Shown here one piece after another: positions 17,733 through 28,040 of a stretch of 64,000 nt of DNA (its first letter is position 1; every line of letters begins with the position of its first letter). The stretch lies in the NCBI GenBank assembly GCA_963662435.1, contig OY759598.1, positions 1,706,507 to 1,770,506 of the forward strand. Reading direction: 5' to 3'. Both the position numbers and the translations under genes were made by a program. The notes beneath the pieces were generated by a model. That model was not told where the DNA came from, did not search any database, and saw only the letters and a program-made list of their open reading frames with translations. The stretch is from Dehalococcoidia bacterium (GTDB taxonomy: Bacteria; Chloroflexota; Dehalococcoidia; Lucifugimonadales; VXLM01).

Positions 17733-19487
17733 CTACCCGCGCCGACCGAACTCCTCCTCGAGGCGTGCTTGGCTGAGGTGGATCATGGTTGGGCGGCCAT
17801 GGGGGCAGGTGTGGGGCTGGCTGCACTGCTCAAGCTGACGGACGAGCTCTTCGGTCTCGCGCAGGCTGAGGACCTTGCCCGCCCGGATGGCGCCGTGGCA
17901 GGCGAGAGAGTAGGCGGCGCGTTCCTCCCATGACTCGTATCCCCCGCCCTCGGCCATGAGGTCGAGGACATCGCGCAATGCGCCGGGCGGGTCCTCGGCC
18001 ACGAGGAGAGCGGGAACACCCCGTAGGATGAACGTGGTACCGCCGAACTCCTCGAATTCGAAGCCGAGGCCGTTGACGCTGGGACGGTGCGCCTCGACGA
18101 TCTCGACCTGCTCGGGCGTAAGGTCGACGGTGGCGGGTTCCATGAGGCCCTGAACGGAGGGAGTGCCCGTGCCGGCCGCCTCCTTGATCGTCTCGAAGAG
18201 GACGCGTTCGTGGGCGGCGTGCTGGTCAATGAGGTACATGCCGTCGGGGCCCTCCGCCGCAATATAAGTCGTCTTGATCTGTCCGACAACTCGCAGGGCG
18301 GGAAGCGCTCGATGGGGGATCAGCGGCTGCTGAGACGGCTGGGGCAGCTCGGCCTGCAGAGGTGCGCCTGCAGTCGCGGTATCCGTTGCGGCCTGGTCCT
18401 GCGGGAGGGGAATCGGCCAGTATGAGCGGACATCGGCAGGAGCGGTTCCAACGGAAGGCGTCGTCTGCCGAGAGGAAAGCTCCTGCACCGGCAGGTTGGC
18501 AACGAGGGTCTCCCGCACGGCGCGTTGAAGGGCGGCGAATACGCGGCCCTCGTCCCTGATACGCACCTCCGTTTTGGACGGATGGACGTTCACGTCGACC
18601 TCGCCGTAGGGAATGTCGATACTGACGACCGCGATGGGGAACCGGCGTTCCATGAGGAAGCCGCGGTACGCCTCATGGAGGGCGTACGTCAGGCTTCGAT
18701 TCTGGACCCAGCGGCCGTTGACGTAGAGCGTCACGTGGTTTCTGTTCGAGCGGGCAAGCGAGGGTCTTCCGATGATACCTCTGACCTGGATGGGGGCATC
18801 CTCTCGACCGGGCGTCTCGATGTCGAGCATCGCCTCAGCGACGTCGGCTCCGTACACGGCCGCCATGGCTTCGCGGAGGCTGCCGGAGCCGCTGGTGATA
18901 AACAGCGATTTGTCCTGCACGGTGAGGCCGACACTAACGTCGGGTCGCGCCAGGGCGAATCGTCCCACTGCGGACTGTACTCTTGTCGCCTCGGAGGCGG
19001 CGGAGCGGAGGAATTTTCGTCTAGCGGGGAGGTTGTGGAACAGCCCCCGGACGGTCACGGACGTGCCGGGGGCGGCCCCGACTCGCTGCTTTCGGACCAG
19101 GGCGCCTGCGTCTACATCGACCTGGATGCCGGAGTCCTCACCCTTTGGGCGGGAGACCATGGTGACGCGCGAGACGGCGGCGATGCTGGGAAGGGCCTCC
19201 CCTCGAAATCCGAATGTTCCAACCGATTCGAGGTCCTCGTCGCTATGAAGCTTGCTGGTGGCGAAGCGCTCGAAGGCAACGGCGATCTCGTCCTCGGAAA
19301 TGCCGATGCCGTTGTCGGTCACGCGGATGTACTCGATACCGCCGCCCCGTATCTCGACGGTCAATCTCGTGGCGCCGGCGTCGAGGGAGTTTTCGACGAG
19401 TTCCTTGACGACGGACATCGGCCGCTCGGTGACCTCCCCAGCGGCGATCTTCGAGGCGATTTGTGGGCTGAGCACTCGGATGGGCAT
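17733..19487 (-). CDS. mutL: DNA mismatch repair endonuclease MutL
   Basis: IAAGEVTERP, KELVENSLDAGA, GFRGEALPSI, DVNVHPSK, DQHAAHERVLFE, ACH, CPHGRP; true start MPIRVL at 19487. Confidence 0.98.
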   Translation of the reverse strand: MPIRVLSPQIASKIAAGEVTERPMSVVKELVENSLDAGATRLTVEIRGGGIEYIRVTDNGIGISEDEIAVAFERFATSKLHSDEDLESVGTFGFRGEALPSIAAVSRVTMVSRPKGEDSGIQVDVDAGALVRKQRVGAAPGTSVTVRGLFHNLPARRKFLRSAASEATRVQSAVGRFALARPDVSVGLTVQDKSLFITSGSGSLREAMAAVYGADVAEAMLDIETPGREDAPIQVRGIIGRPSLARSNRNHVTLYVNGRWVQNRSLTYALHEAYRGFLMERRFPIAVVSIDIPYGEVDVNVHPSKTEVRIRDEGRVFAALQRAVRETLVANLPVQELSSRQTTPSVGTAPADVRSYWPIPLPQDQAATDTATAGAPLQAELPQPSQQPLIPHRALPALRVVGQIKTTYIAAEGPDGMYLIDQHAAHERVLFETIKEAAGTGTPSVQGLMEPATVDLTPEQVEIVEAHRPSVNGLGFEFEEFGGTTFILRGVPALLVAEDPPGALRDVLDLMAEGGGYESWEERAAYSLACHGAIRAGKVLSLRETEELVRQLEQCSQPHTCPHGRPTMIHLSQARLEEEFGRRG

Positions 19488-19566
19488 GGCCGTTATAGAG
19501 TACCACTCCGGGGGCGAAGAGGACCCACCGCAGAGAGGGCAAAGTGGGGATAGGATTGGACGATGG

Positions 19567-19982
19567 GAGCCCCCTCTCTGTATCTCTCCCCCGGCGGGGG
19601 AGAGATTGGGGGTATTTGCCCTCACCTCAGCCCTCTCCCGCGAACGGGAGAGGGGGACTACACTCACCAGAACGCATCCTTGGTACTGTCATTCTGAGCG
19701 GAGCGCAGCGAAGTCGAAGAATCTAAAGTGTCTGTCATGAGGTAGAACTGACATAGGGTGTACTTGCGCTGTTTTCACTCTTGGTCACGATAGAAGCGCA
19801 GCACCGGCTGTCCAGTCTTGCGGTTCTGGATTTTAGATTCCTCGCTACACTCGGAATGACAGGAATACGGGGCTGGACCATCGCTACAAATCCGTTTTGC
19901 CTACCGCTGTCAGCCCCCGGCGTGGGAGAGATTGGGGGCATTTGCCGGGTGGTTTACCCTTCGACTGGCTCAGGGCGAACGG
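19567..19982. repeat. Intergenic cluster of several REP-like families
   Basis: CCCCCTCTCTGTATCTCTCCCCCGGCGGGGGAGAG (19570); CCCTCTCCCGCGAACGGGAGAGGG (~19632); inverted pair TGTCATTCTGAG...GAAGAATCT (19688) and AGATTCCTCG...GGAATGACA (19835); CCCTTCGACTGGCTCAGGGCGAACGG (19957). Confidence 0.9.
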
Positions 19983-20128
19983 TGGGACTTCTTTGAGCCC
20001 AGGGGGCATGGCTTGATTCACCTTATGCAAGCCGGAGGTACGCGATTGCCGTATTCGATGGCCTGGTCGTCCTATGACTGAGGCGCGGGATTGTCGTATG
20101 CTAGTTTGTAGAAAACCGTAGGAGATTC

Positions 20129-21088
20129 ATGTTGGCGGCATTTCCCACGCTTCTTGATGTGTACGAGGCCCGCAGGAGGATCGGGGCGTACATCACCCGA
20201 ACGCCTTTGCACCACTATCCCCGACTCGACCGGATCATCGGCGGCGAGGTCTACGTCAAGCACGAAAACCACCAGTCGTTGGGGGCGTTCAAGATCCGGG
20301 GCGCGTTGAACGTGGTGTCTCAGTTGACGGATGAAGAGAAGGCGCACGGTGTGGTATGCGCCTCGACCGGAAACTTCGGCCAGGGCATCGCCTACGCAGC
20401 GGGAGTTTTCGGGGTCCAGGCGACCGTGGTCGTGCCGGAAGACGCCAACCCGGAGAAGTGCGAGGCGATGCGCGTGCTAGGGGCCAACCTCATTCTCCAC
20501 GGCGAAAACTTCGACGACTGCCGCGCGCACTGCGAGCGGCTGTCGAAGGAAGAGGGCTACGTCTACATTCACTCGGCGAACGAGCCGAGGCTGATTCCGG
20601 GCGTTGCCACGTACTCGCTGGAAATCTTCGAGGACCTGCCGGACGTGGACGTGATCATCGTGCCCGTTGGCGGCGGAAGCGGGGCCTGCGGCGCCAGTAT
20701 CGTCGCCAATGCGCTCAATCCCGATGTCCGCGTTATCGGAGTGCAGGCGGAGAGCGCGCCGGGCGCGTACCTGTCATGGAAGGAAGGCGAGATTATCGAG
20801 GCCAAGATGGAGACGATGGCCGAGGGACTCGCGACAACTGTGGGATTCGAGCTTACGCAGGGGATCATGCGCGAGCTGATGGACGACTTCATTCTGGTCT
20901 CGGAGGAAGAGATGATCGAGGCAGTGGGCATCTATCTCGAGACGACGCACAACCTCGCTGAGCACGCCGGGGCATCGCCGCTGGCCGCGGCCATCAAGAT
21001 CAAGGACTCGCTCCAAGGGAAGAAGGTGGCCCTCGTCTTGAGCGGTGGCAATCTCTCCCAAACCCATCTCAAGCAGGTCCTGGCCTAG
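20129..21088 (+). CDS. PLP-dependent threonine/serine dehydratase (catalytic domain only)
   Basis: KHENHQSLGAFKIRGA, STGNFGQG, VPVGGGSG, LSGGN. Confidence 0.93.
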   Translation: MLAAFPTLLDVYEARRRIGAYITRTPLHHYPRLDRIIGGEVYVKHENHQSLGAFKIRGALNVVSQLTDEEKAHGVVCASTGNFGQGIAYAAGVFGVQATVVVPEDANPEKCEAMRVLGANLILHGENFDDCRAHCERLSKEEGYVYIHSANEPRLIPGVATYSLEIFEDLPDVDVIIVPVGGGSGACGASIVANALNPDVRVIGVQAESAPGAYLSWKEGEIIEAKMETMAEGLATTVGFELTQGIMRELMDDFILVSEEEMIEAVGIYLETTHNLAEHAGASPLAAAIKIKDSLQGKKVALVLSGGNLSQTHLKQVLA

Positions 21089-21202
21089 TCCATGCACAAG
21101 GGGCTTTGGGGCATCGCTCACCGAGGCATAGTTGACCAAATGCGAAGAATGTCGTTAAAGGTATATCTCGCTCGTCGAGCGCTCACTTCGGAGGTTGAAG
21201 GT

Positions 21203-22756
21203 ATGGTTGGTGCGAGCCGCCTGATTGCGCCATTTGCACTGTTCTTGCTGTTCGCGACATCATGCGGCCTCTTTGGTTCTGGGGAAGAGGAGATCGGTGA
21301 AGCTCAGCGAAATCAGGCCCAGATTCACTACGAATCAGGGATCGAGTTCGGCAACACCGGGAATCTGCAGGCGGCGGTCACGCAGCTTGACCAGGCGATT
21401 GTCCTGAATCCCGGCCTTACTGACGCATACATTGCGCGCGGCAGGGCGCGGGCCGACCTCGGCATGTATCCTGAGGCAATCCAGGACTACAACACGGCAC
21501 TGGAGCACAATCCCGACAACGCGTCGTTATACATCGATCGCGCGGTCGCCTATTCACGGATTTCGGAGTACAAGACTGCCCTCGTCGACTATGACCAGGC
21601 CGTTGAATTGGGCGACGACAGCTTCAGGCTTCATCTGAACCGGGGAACGACGCTGTCGCGACTGGGCAAGCACTACGAAGCGCTGAAGAGCTACGACATT
21701 GCCATCGAGATAGAACCGGAGAGTTCCCTTGCTTGGACAAATCGCGGAACCGAATACGCGCTTCTCGGTCAGCCCAAGCGGTCCATCCAGGAGTTCGGCG
21801 AGGCTATTCGACTCGACCCTGAGAACGCGGAGGCCTACTTCAATCGAGGGGCAGCTTACGCGGCCCTCGAGCTGTACGAGGACGCCTTCATCCACCTCGA
21901 AAAGGCCGTACAGCTTGAACCCGACAACGAGAAGGTATTCCATGACCGGGGTACGATCTACGGCGAGATAGGGATCCTCTACCAGTCGACGCAGAACCTG
22001 ACTGAGTCGATCGCCCGCGACCCGGACAACGCGGAACTTTACGCTCAAAGGGCGGAGGTCTACAAGCGGATGCCGAACCATGAGAAGGCGATCCGTGACC
22101 TGAGCTCGGCCCTGCAGTTGATCCCGGACAACGCAGGGTGGCTCGTGGAGAGAGGCGATTCGTGGCTTGCGATCGAGGACTTCCAGGCGGCCCTTAACGA
22201 CTACAATACCGCGCTGGAGATCCAGCCGACGAGCGGGCGAATACTCGCGAGGCGCGGAACGCTCTGGAAGCAGACCGGCTACTACGACCGAGCGATCGTG
22301 GACTTCGAGGACGCGATAATCATGGACACGCGGAGTCCTGAAGCCTACGGGGGACGAGGAGAGATATTCAGCCTCGTTGGCGACTTCAACCGCGCCATAG
22401 CCGACTTCACCAAGGCCATCGAGCTAAATTCTGAAAGCGGGACGGCTGCGGAAGCAATACAGGAGGTCGAATACTACAAGAGTCGCGCCCTCGCCCACGG
22501 CAGCGTCGGCAACCATCAGCAGACTCTAGCCGACCTCAATCGTGCAATCGACATCCACGAGCAGATCGTCGAGCAGACCAACGATCCCAGGGACGACACA
22601 CTCTGGTCGCTTCGGGCCATCGCGAAGGCGGAACTGTGCATGGAAGAGGAAGCGCTGGTGGACGCAAATATAGCCGAAGAGCTGGGGGCCGAGGTTGCAG
22701 ACCTCAACCGTAGCCTAATGACCATACGCCAGAAGCCGCAGTGTACGGGTAGATAG
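21203..22756 (+). CDS. Tetratricopeptide-repeat lipoprotein
   Basis: ATG 21203 after GGAGG; lipobox ATSCG; about a dozen 34-aa A..RG..Y..LG....A..D...A..L.P repeats. Confidence 0.92.
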   Translation: MVGASRLIAPFALFLLFATSCGLFGSGEEEIGEAQRNQAQIHYESGIEFGNTGNLQAAVTQLDQAIVLNPGLTDAYIARGRARADLGMYPEAIQDYNTALEHNPDNASLYIDRAVAYSRISEYKTALVDYDQAVELGDDSFRLHLNRGTTLSRLGKHYEALKSYDIAIEIEPESSLAWTNRGTEYALLGQPKRSIQEFGEAIRLDPENAEAYFNRGAAYAALELYEDAFIHLEKAVQLEPDNEKVFHDRGTIYGEIGILYQSTQNLTESIARDPDNAELYAQRAEVYKRMPNHEKAIRDLSSALQLIPDNAGWLVERGDSWLAIEDFQAALNDYNTALEIQPTSGRILARRGTLWKQTGYYDRAIVDFEDAIIMDTRSPEAYGGRGEIFSLVGDFNRAIADFTKAIELNSESGTAAEAIQEVEYYKSRALAHGSVGNHQQTLADLNRAIDIHEQIVEQTNDPRDDTLWSLRAIAKAELCMEEEALVDANIAEELGAEVADLNRSLMTIRQKPQCTGR

Positions 22757-22807
22757 CCTCAACGAGCGCCGGTAACCACTATTCCAAATGAACCAACAAC
22801 AGTGCCA

Positions 22808-23884
22808 ATGAAAGCACGTCTCACCAAGATCGCGATCATAGTCGGCGTTGTCGTGCTGGTACTCGGCATCGTGGCCGGTGGCGGCTACTGGGGATTTCAA
22901 ACTCTCAACAAAGACCGCGTAGAAGAGCACTACCGGCGCGCCGTGACTCTCCAGAACGATGGTGAACTCGAGGCGGCGATCGATGAATACTCCAAGGTCC
23001 TGAACCTCGACGACGAGTTCACCGAGGCGTACAGCAACCGCGGCGTGGCCTACATGGACTTGGGAAACTACGACAAGGCTGTCGAGAATTTCTCGAACGC
23101 CATTCTCCAGAACCCGTTCGTACCCTACTTCTACTACAACCGGGGCCTCGCGTTCGAACGAGCGGGGGCGCTGGAATTCGCACTTCTGGACTATCTCGAC
23201 GCTGTCGGCATCGATCCGGGCTACCGCGACGCGTTCTACGGCATAGGCACGGTCTACCTGGAATACGGCGAATACCAGAAGGCGATCTGGAATTTTGACA
23301 ACGCCTTGCGCCTGGAGCCGGAGAACCCGGACGCTCATTTCGGGCGTGCAGAGGGATATTTCGGCCTGGGGCGGTTCGAGCAAGCCATTTCCGATTACGA
23401 CGCCGCACTCCTGATCGAGCGTGAGTTGCCGGAAGCGCACACCGGGCGGGGGGCGTCTTACATCGAGATTGGTGAGCCCGCGAGGGCCATCGAGGACCTC
23501 AACGAAGCGCTAAGGTGGCGACCCGACAGCGTTGCCTCGTACTACCACCGGGCCAGGGCCTACCAGCGTTTGGGGCAACTGGACCAAGCGATCGCAGACT
23601 ACTCGGTGGTCATTGAACGCGATCCAAGTTTCCTGGGAGGTCACCACGGAAGGGGCCTGGCCTACGCCCAAGTGGGACTGGCGGAGGCGGCGTTGGTTGA
23701 CCTGAACGAGGCCATTCGCATCGACGAGTCTTACGGCCCGACCTATGCGGCGCGCGCAGTGGCCAATACGCTTCTTGGCAGAGACGACGAGGCGGAACAG
23801 GATGTCGATGAGGCTGTGTCCCTGGGACACGACCGTTCAATTATGGAAGCAGACATTGCGGCCATCAAGGAACAGCGGCAATAG
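22808..23884 (+). CDS. Membrane-anchored tetratricopeptide-repeat protein
   Basis: N-terminal TM helix followed by about 9 TPRs. Confidence 0.92.
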   Translation: MKARLTKIAIIVGVVVLVLGIVAGGGYWGFQTLNKDRVEEHYRRAVTLQNDGELEAAIDEYSKVLNLDDEFTEAYSNRGVAYMDLGNYDKAVENFSNAILQNPFVPYFYYNRGLAFERAGALEFALLDYLDAVGIDPGYRDAFYGIGTVYLEYGEYQKAIWNFDNALRLEPENPDAHFGRAEGYFGLGRFEQAISDYDAALLIERELPEAHTGRGASYIEIGEPARAIEDLNEALRWRPDSVASYYHRARAYQRLGQLDQAIADYSVVIERDPSFLGGHHGRGLAYAQVGLAEAALVDLNEAIRIDESYGPTYAARAVANTLLGRDDEAEQDVDEAVSLGHDRSIMEADIAAIKEQRQ

Positions 23885-23891
23885 TCGCTGA

Positions 23892-24689
23892 TCAGACCGC
23901 GAGGTCTCTCCGTTCAAAGAGGTAGCCAGCCGCTCCCACGAGTAGCACGGACGCCCCGACAAGGACGCCCACGTGTGCGGCGTTCAGGCCGTTTGTCATG
24001 GGATCGCTGCCGATGTAGTAGTAGATTGGGGAGAGGTACTGCGCCCACTCCAGCCCATCCACTATTGGGCCAAACACGTTGGCGACATACGCGACGATGC
24101 CGACCGCCCCGCCGACAGAAATGGTGGTGCTCGGCTTTCCCGTCAATGCTCCGACGAATAGCGCCAGCGCCCCGAACGTCACTCCCAGCAGTCCGAGGCT
24201 GAGGTAGGCCTGGATCACATTGAGCAGATTCAAGTCAACATCGACCGTAAGCGCTCCAGCAACAGTCCCGACAAATACAACGACGATAAGAGCCGCCGTG
24301 CCCGTCACCATGGCCGCGAATTTCTGCAGCAGGATAGTCGAACGACGCACCGGGTGGGACAGGAGGACCTCCAACGAGCCACGGCGCTCCTCGCCCGCCA
24401 GTGAGCTTGTTCCCAGCCAAAGGTTGAAGACGATAAAGAGCAGTGGGAAGGTGAACGACAGCATCTCGGCGGTCAGGAATCCCTCCGGCGAAGCGATGTC
24501 TTCTATGTCGCCGACGAATACCCGGAATATTGAATTCTCGTCACCCAGTATCTCGTTGAGCTCCGGAATGTCGCTGACGCTCGGATAGAACAGGACGATT
24601 ACGAAGGCATACAGGAACAGCCCAAGCGACCACCAAACGATTGGACGGCGCAGGTCGTGTATCGACTTGAGGAAGACGTTACCCAGCAT
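23892..24689 (-). CDS. ABC-2 type transporter permease
   Basis: Multiple TM helices; AGEERRGSLEVLLSHPVRR; C-terminal FERRDL. Confidence 0.9.
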   Translation of the reverse strand: MLGNVFLKSIHDLRRPIVWWSLGLFLYAFVIVLFYPSVSDIPELNEILGDENSIFRVFVGDIEDIASPEGFLTAEMLSFTFPLLFIVFNLWLGTSSLAGEERRGSLEVLLSHPVRRSTILLQKFAAMVTGTAALIVVVFVGTVAGALTVDVDLNLLNVIQAYLSLGLLGVTFGALALFVGALTGKPSTTISVGGAVGIVAYVANVFGPIVDGLEWAQYLSPIYYYIGSDPMTNGLNAAHVGVLVGASVLLVGAAGYLFERRDLAV

Positions 24690-25590
24690 TGCGGCCCTCC
24701 TCGTCCTCGCTGTAGAACGTCAGGAATATGTCGTCGAGGGACGCCTCGTGGGTCACGAGCTTCACGATCTCATGGTTGGCGGCTGCCTTGATCAACGCGT
24801 CGGGACTGCCAGTTATGGAGACGGTGAGCGTTCGGCCTTCGATCGCGATGTCCGAAGCACCTTGAATGTTCTGAAAGTCCGACTCGGGGACTTCGGAGGC
24901 GAATTCGATCTCGAATCGATGGAGGGTTACGCGGTCAATGAGGGTGCTCACATCCTCGACGGCGACCAGCTTCCCCTTTCGGATAATGCCAACGCGGTCA
25001 GATACCAACTGGACTTCTGGCAGGACGTGAGAGGAGAAGAAGACGGTGCTTCCTTCCGCCTTCAATTCATCGAGGATTTCGTAAAATTCATGTTGGATGA
25101 GAGGATCAAGGCCGCTCGTCGGTTCGTCCAGGATGACGAGCTTCGGCTTGTGCATGAGGGCCTGCAGGAGGCCGATCTTCTGCTTGTTGCCGCGGGAGAG
25201 GTGAGCGAATCTGCGGTCCAAGTCCGCGTCCAGTCGATTCGTGAGAGCGTCCACGTATTGCCAATCGACGCCACGTCGCAGGTTTGCAAAATAGTTGAGC
25301 ATGGCGCGGCCGGTCATATGGTCGTAGAGGGCGAATTCGCCGGGCAGGTACCCGACGTGGCGTCGGATCTCCACACTGTCACGACGTGCGTCCAGTCCGA
25401 GAACCGTGGCGGTTCCGCGCGTGGGCCGGATGTGGTCGAGCAGCATACGAATGGTAGTGGACTTCCCGGCGCCGTTCGGTCCGAGGTAGCCGAAGACCTC
25501 GCCGGGGCGAACGTCGAGGTCAACGTCCACGACGGCCTCGATCTCGCCGAACGATTTTGAGAGATCCTTCGTATGAATAACGCTGTCCAC
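24679..25590 (-). CDS. ABC transporter ATP-binding protein
   Basis: GPNGAGKST, LSRGNKQK, ILDEPTSGLDP, SSH. Confidence 0.95.
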   Translation of the reverse strand: MDSVIHTKDLSKSFGEIEAVVDVDLDVRPGEVFGYLGPNGAGKSTTIRMLLDHIRPTRGTATVLGLDARRDSVEIRRHVGYLPGEFALYDHMTGRAMLNYFANLRRGVDWQYVDALTNRLDADLDRRFAHLSRGNKQKIGLLQALMHKPKLVILDEPTSGLDPLIQHEFYEILDELKAEGSTVFFSSHVLPEVQLVSDRVGIIRKGKLVAVEDVSTLIDRVTLHRFEIEFASEVPESDFQNIQGASDIAIEGRTLTVSITGSPDALIKAAANHEIVKLVTHEASLDDIFLTFYSEDEEGRNAG

Positions 25591-25696
25591 GCTTGGTCTC
25601 CGAAGTGTCAGCCGTTCGACCGTCCTGGGGTAATCATACGCGGGTGACCACCCATGGGCGCATCACACGATTCAGTGATTTGACGGGGGCAGTCCT

Positions 25697-26749
25697 TCAC
25701 GGGGCTACGGGGTCTTCCCGTGACATCGCGGTGAGAATTTCCCTGTTTATCTCGCGGGCGACCGTGGGTCCGCGATAGACGAACGAGGTATAGAGTTGAA
25801 CGGTGTTTGCCCCGGCTCGAATGGCCGATATCGCGTCATCGCCGGTGAAGATGCCGCCGCAGGCGTTTATGGTCATGCGCCCGCCGACCTCGGAGCGCAC
25901 GTCGCGCACCATTTCGAGCATCCGGGAGAATATGGGACTTCCGCTCAGGCCTCCGGAGCCGACGGAGAGCCGAGAGTCTATCGTCGGCCTCGTGTTGGCA
26001 ACGGTTAGACCGTCTACGCCGTTGTCACTGCAGACGCGAACCAGCGCCATGAGGGAGTCTCGCGAACTTGCAAAGTCGTCTGCGGGGACGTCTGGTGCGG
26101 GATAGGGTGGGAGCTTTACGATCAAGGGACGATGGCGCGCTTCGTTGACGGCCTGCAGAAGTCCTTCGAGCGCCTCGGGAGCGTGGAACAGCCTGAGTCC
26201 GGCAGTGTTGGGCGAGCTGATGTTTATCTCCACGACGTCCGCCAGCGCTTCGAGACGTCGGTGACACTGGACAATCTCGTCGACTGTTACACCGGAGATG
26301 CTGACAACGAGGGGAACGGCGCTTCGCTCTGACCTGAAGAGTTCAAGCCTTCTTGCAGCCGGCACGAGGCCCTTCGAGGGAAACCCCATGGCATTGATGA
26401 GGGAGGAGTCGTCCTCGATGCGGAACAGCCGGGGCTTCGGATTTCCGGGACGGGGTTGAGCCGTTACGGTGCCGACGGTGAGGTATCCGAAACCGAGCGA
26501 CGCAAGCGACGAGACCATTTCGCAGTCCTTGTCGAAACCGGCGGCAAGTCCCACGGGGTTTGAGATGGTCAGCCCGCACATCGTCGTGTTCAGCCTGCGG
26601 TCTCGGACCTGGAAGCCCGGGCGAAGCGTCTTCCAGAGAAGCGGCCTGTAAAGGGACTTCTCAACGAACTTCTGGACCGGTTCCGCCGGGAACCTGAATA
26701 ACAGGGGGCGGACGAGATGCCTGTAGGCGTCGGTGTTGAGAATGAGCAC
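25697..26749 (-). CDS. pyrD: Dihydroorotate dehydrogenase (class 2-like)
   Basis: NPVGLAAGFDK, GNPKPRLFR, LINAMGF, NISSPNT, GGLSG, VQLYT. Confidence 0.93.
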   Translation of the reverse strand: MLILNTDAYRHLVRPLLFRFPAEPVQKFVEKSLYRPLLWKTLRPGFQVRDRRLNTTMCGLTISNPVGLAAGFDKDCEMVSSLASLGFGYLTVGTVTAQPRPGNPKPRLFRIEDDSSLINAMGFPSKGLVPAARRLELFRSERSAVPLVVSISGVTVDEIVQCHRRLEALADVVEINISSPNTAGLRLFHAPEALEGLLQAVNEARHRPLIVKLPPYPAPDVPADDFASSRDSLMALVRVCSDNGVDGLTVANTRPTIDSRLSVGSGGLSGSPIFSRMLEMVRDVRSEVGGRMTINACGGIFTGDDAISAIRAGANTVQLYTSFVYRGPTVAREINREILTAMSREDPVAP

Positions 26750-26874
26750 GAATTGTTCCTGTTCCGCGAATGGCCCTCAACGACGATTATAACAGCGAGG
26801 GGTGAGGCGGCACCGGGACGACTTACGCGAAGCGGGGCATTAGCATATAATCGAACCAAGGCGGGACAGCGAGA

Positions 26875-27654
26875 ATGAGCGTCGAATATCACAGAGGCGA
26901 TTGGGTAAGGCCGAAGGGCCATGCCTTCATATACTTGCGGAACTCGCTGGACAATGAGGAGGTATGGGCGACGTATGTTGTCGTTCTGCCAATTACCGTC
27001 GATTTGTCAAAGTATGTTCCACCGTTCCTGATGAACCAGATCGGAGAGATGGACGAGAAGAACCTCTCGGCATTCGCCTTCCCGCCGGCGCCGGAGTTGG
27101 TCGGGGGGTACGGAGCAATCGAGCAGATGGCGGAGATGCGGGACGACGACATACTGTACATAGGGGCGCACAATCCTTCGGACGTAACGGGGGCGATGAA
27201 TCGCGTCAGCGAAGCAGTGCAGACGTACACCGAAGAGTGCGCACAAGTAGTCAGCCCGTCGACCTCCGGAGGAGACGCCGCCATCTCAGAGTCGAGTGAA
27301 GAGGTGGAGGGACTGCACGTTAATGACGTTCTCTACGGGCTGATGAGCGACAGCGACAAGCTCGGAGAGCTCAGCAAGCTGATTGGGAGACTTCGCTTCG
27401 CCGTGGACGGTTCGGACGACAGACTCGTATCGGAGACCGAGACGGAGATCGCGCTCGTCGCCAATCACCTCCCGCAATCGCACAATATCTCCCAACTGGT
27501 CGAGGCGGTGAAATCGAACGACAGCCGTTCAGCGGAGCTCGCCGACGTGTACCTCCAGCGCAGCTATCACCTCGTACACGAGGACTACGCCAAGCTGACA
27601 GCCATCGAGGGGCGAATCAAGGAGCTTGAGGGTAACTCCCGCGACGCCGAGTAG
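26875..27654 (+). CDS. Hypothetical protein
   Basis: 259-aa ORF with native codon style; TATAAT upstream. Confidence 0.75.
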   Translation: MSVEYHRGDWVRPKGHAFIYLRNSLDNEEVWATYVVVLPITVDLSKYVPPFLMNQIGEMDEKNLSAFAFPPAPELVGGYGAIEQMAEMRDDDILYIGAHNPSDVTGAMNRVSEAVQTYTEECAQVVSPSTSGGDAAISESSEEVEGLHVNDVLYGLMSDSDKLGELSKLIGRLRFAVDGSDDRLVSETETEIALVANHLPQSHNISQLVEAVKSNDSRSAELADVYLQRSYHLVHEDYAKLTAIEGRIKELEGNSRDAE

Positions 27655-27686
27655 AGGTGAGATGGGCCGTTCTAACTCGCCCGATC

Positions 27687-28013
27687 CTAGCTCATGTGGT
27701 GGTAGCCGCCGCCCTCACCCTCGAATTCGCGGGCGCGGAACGCACCGAGGTCTCGGCCCTGATGGACGTGGACGATGACATCCTGCCTGCTGCTGGCCAC
27801 GGGGCCGATGAGGTCTGCGTCCACGGTGTCGATCAGGTCCTGAATGTCGTCGTTGGACAGCACGTCTGAGGCGTTGAGGGTCGAGTGGACCATGCCGTCG
27901 GCGAAGTGGATATCCACCCTGCCGACAGTGTCCTCATCGCGCAGCACGGTATAGCACTCGGAATACGGAGTGCGACACTCCCTCTCGAACTCGAATCTGC
28001 TCATGGGGCTCAC
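27687..28013 (-). CDS. Small acidic hypothetical protein
   Basis: 108 aa, FERECRTPYSECY...GRVDIHF; downstream of proA on the same strand; GAGG RBS. Confidence 0.75.
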   Translation of the reverse strand: MSPMSRFEFERECRTPYSECYTVLRDEDTVGRVDIHFADGMVHSTLNASDVLSNDDIQDLIDTVDADLIGPVASSRQDVIVHVHQGRDLGAFRAREFEGEGGGYHHMS

Positions 28014-28040
28014 CTCTCGTGTTCAGGGAGTGCGTGAATG

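Noticed and set aside
19488..19667. 60-aa N-terminal extension of MutL in the ORF track
   Set aside because: It is translated from REP repeats; homology starts at MPIRVL. Similar spurious extensions were trimmed for the deacylase, class II aldolase and other genes.
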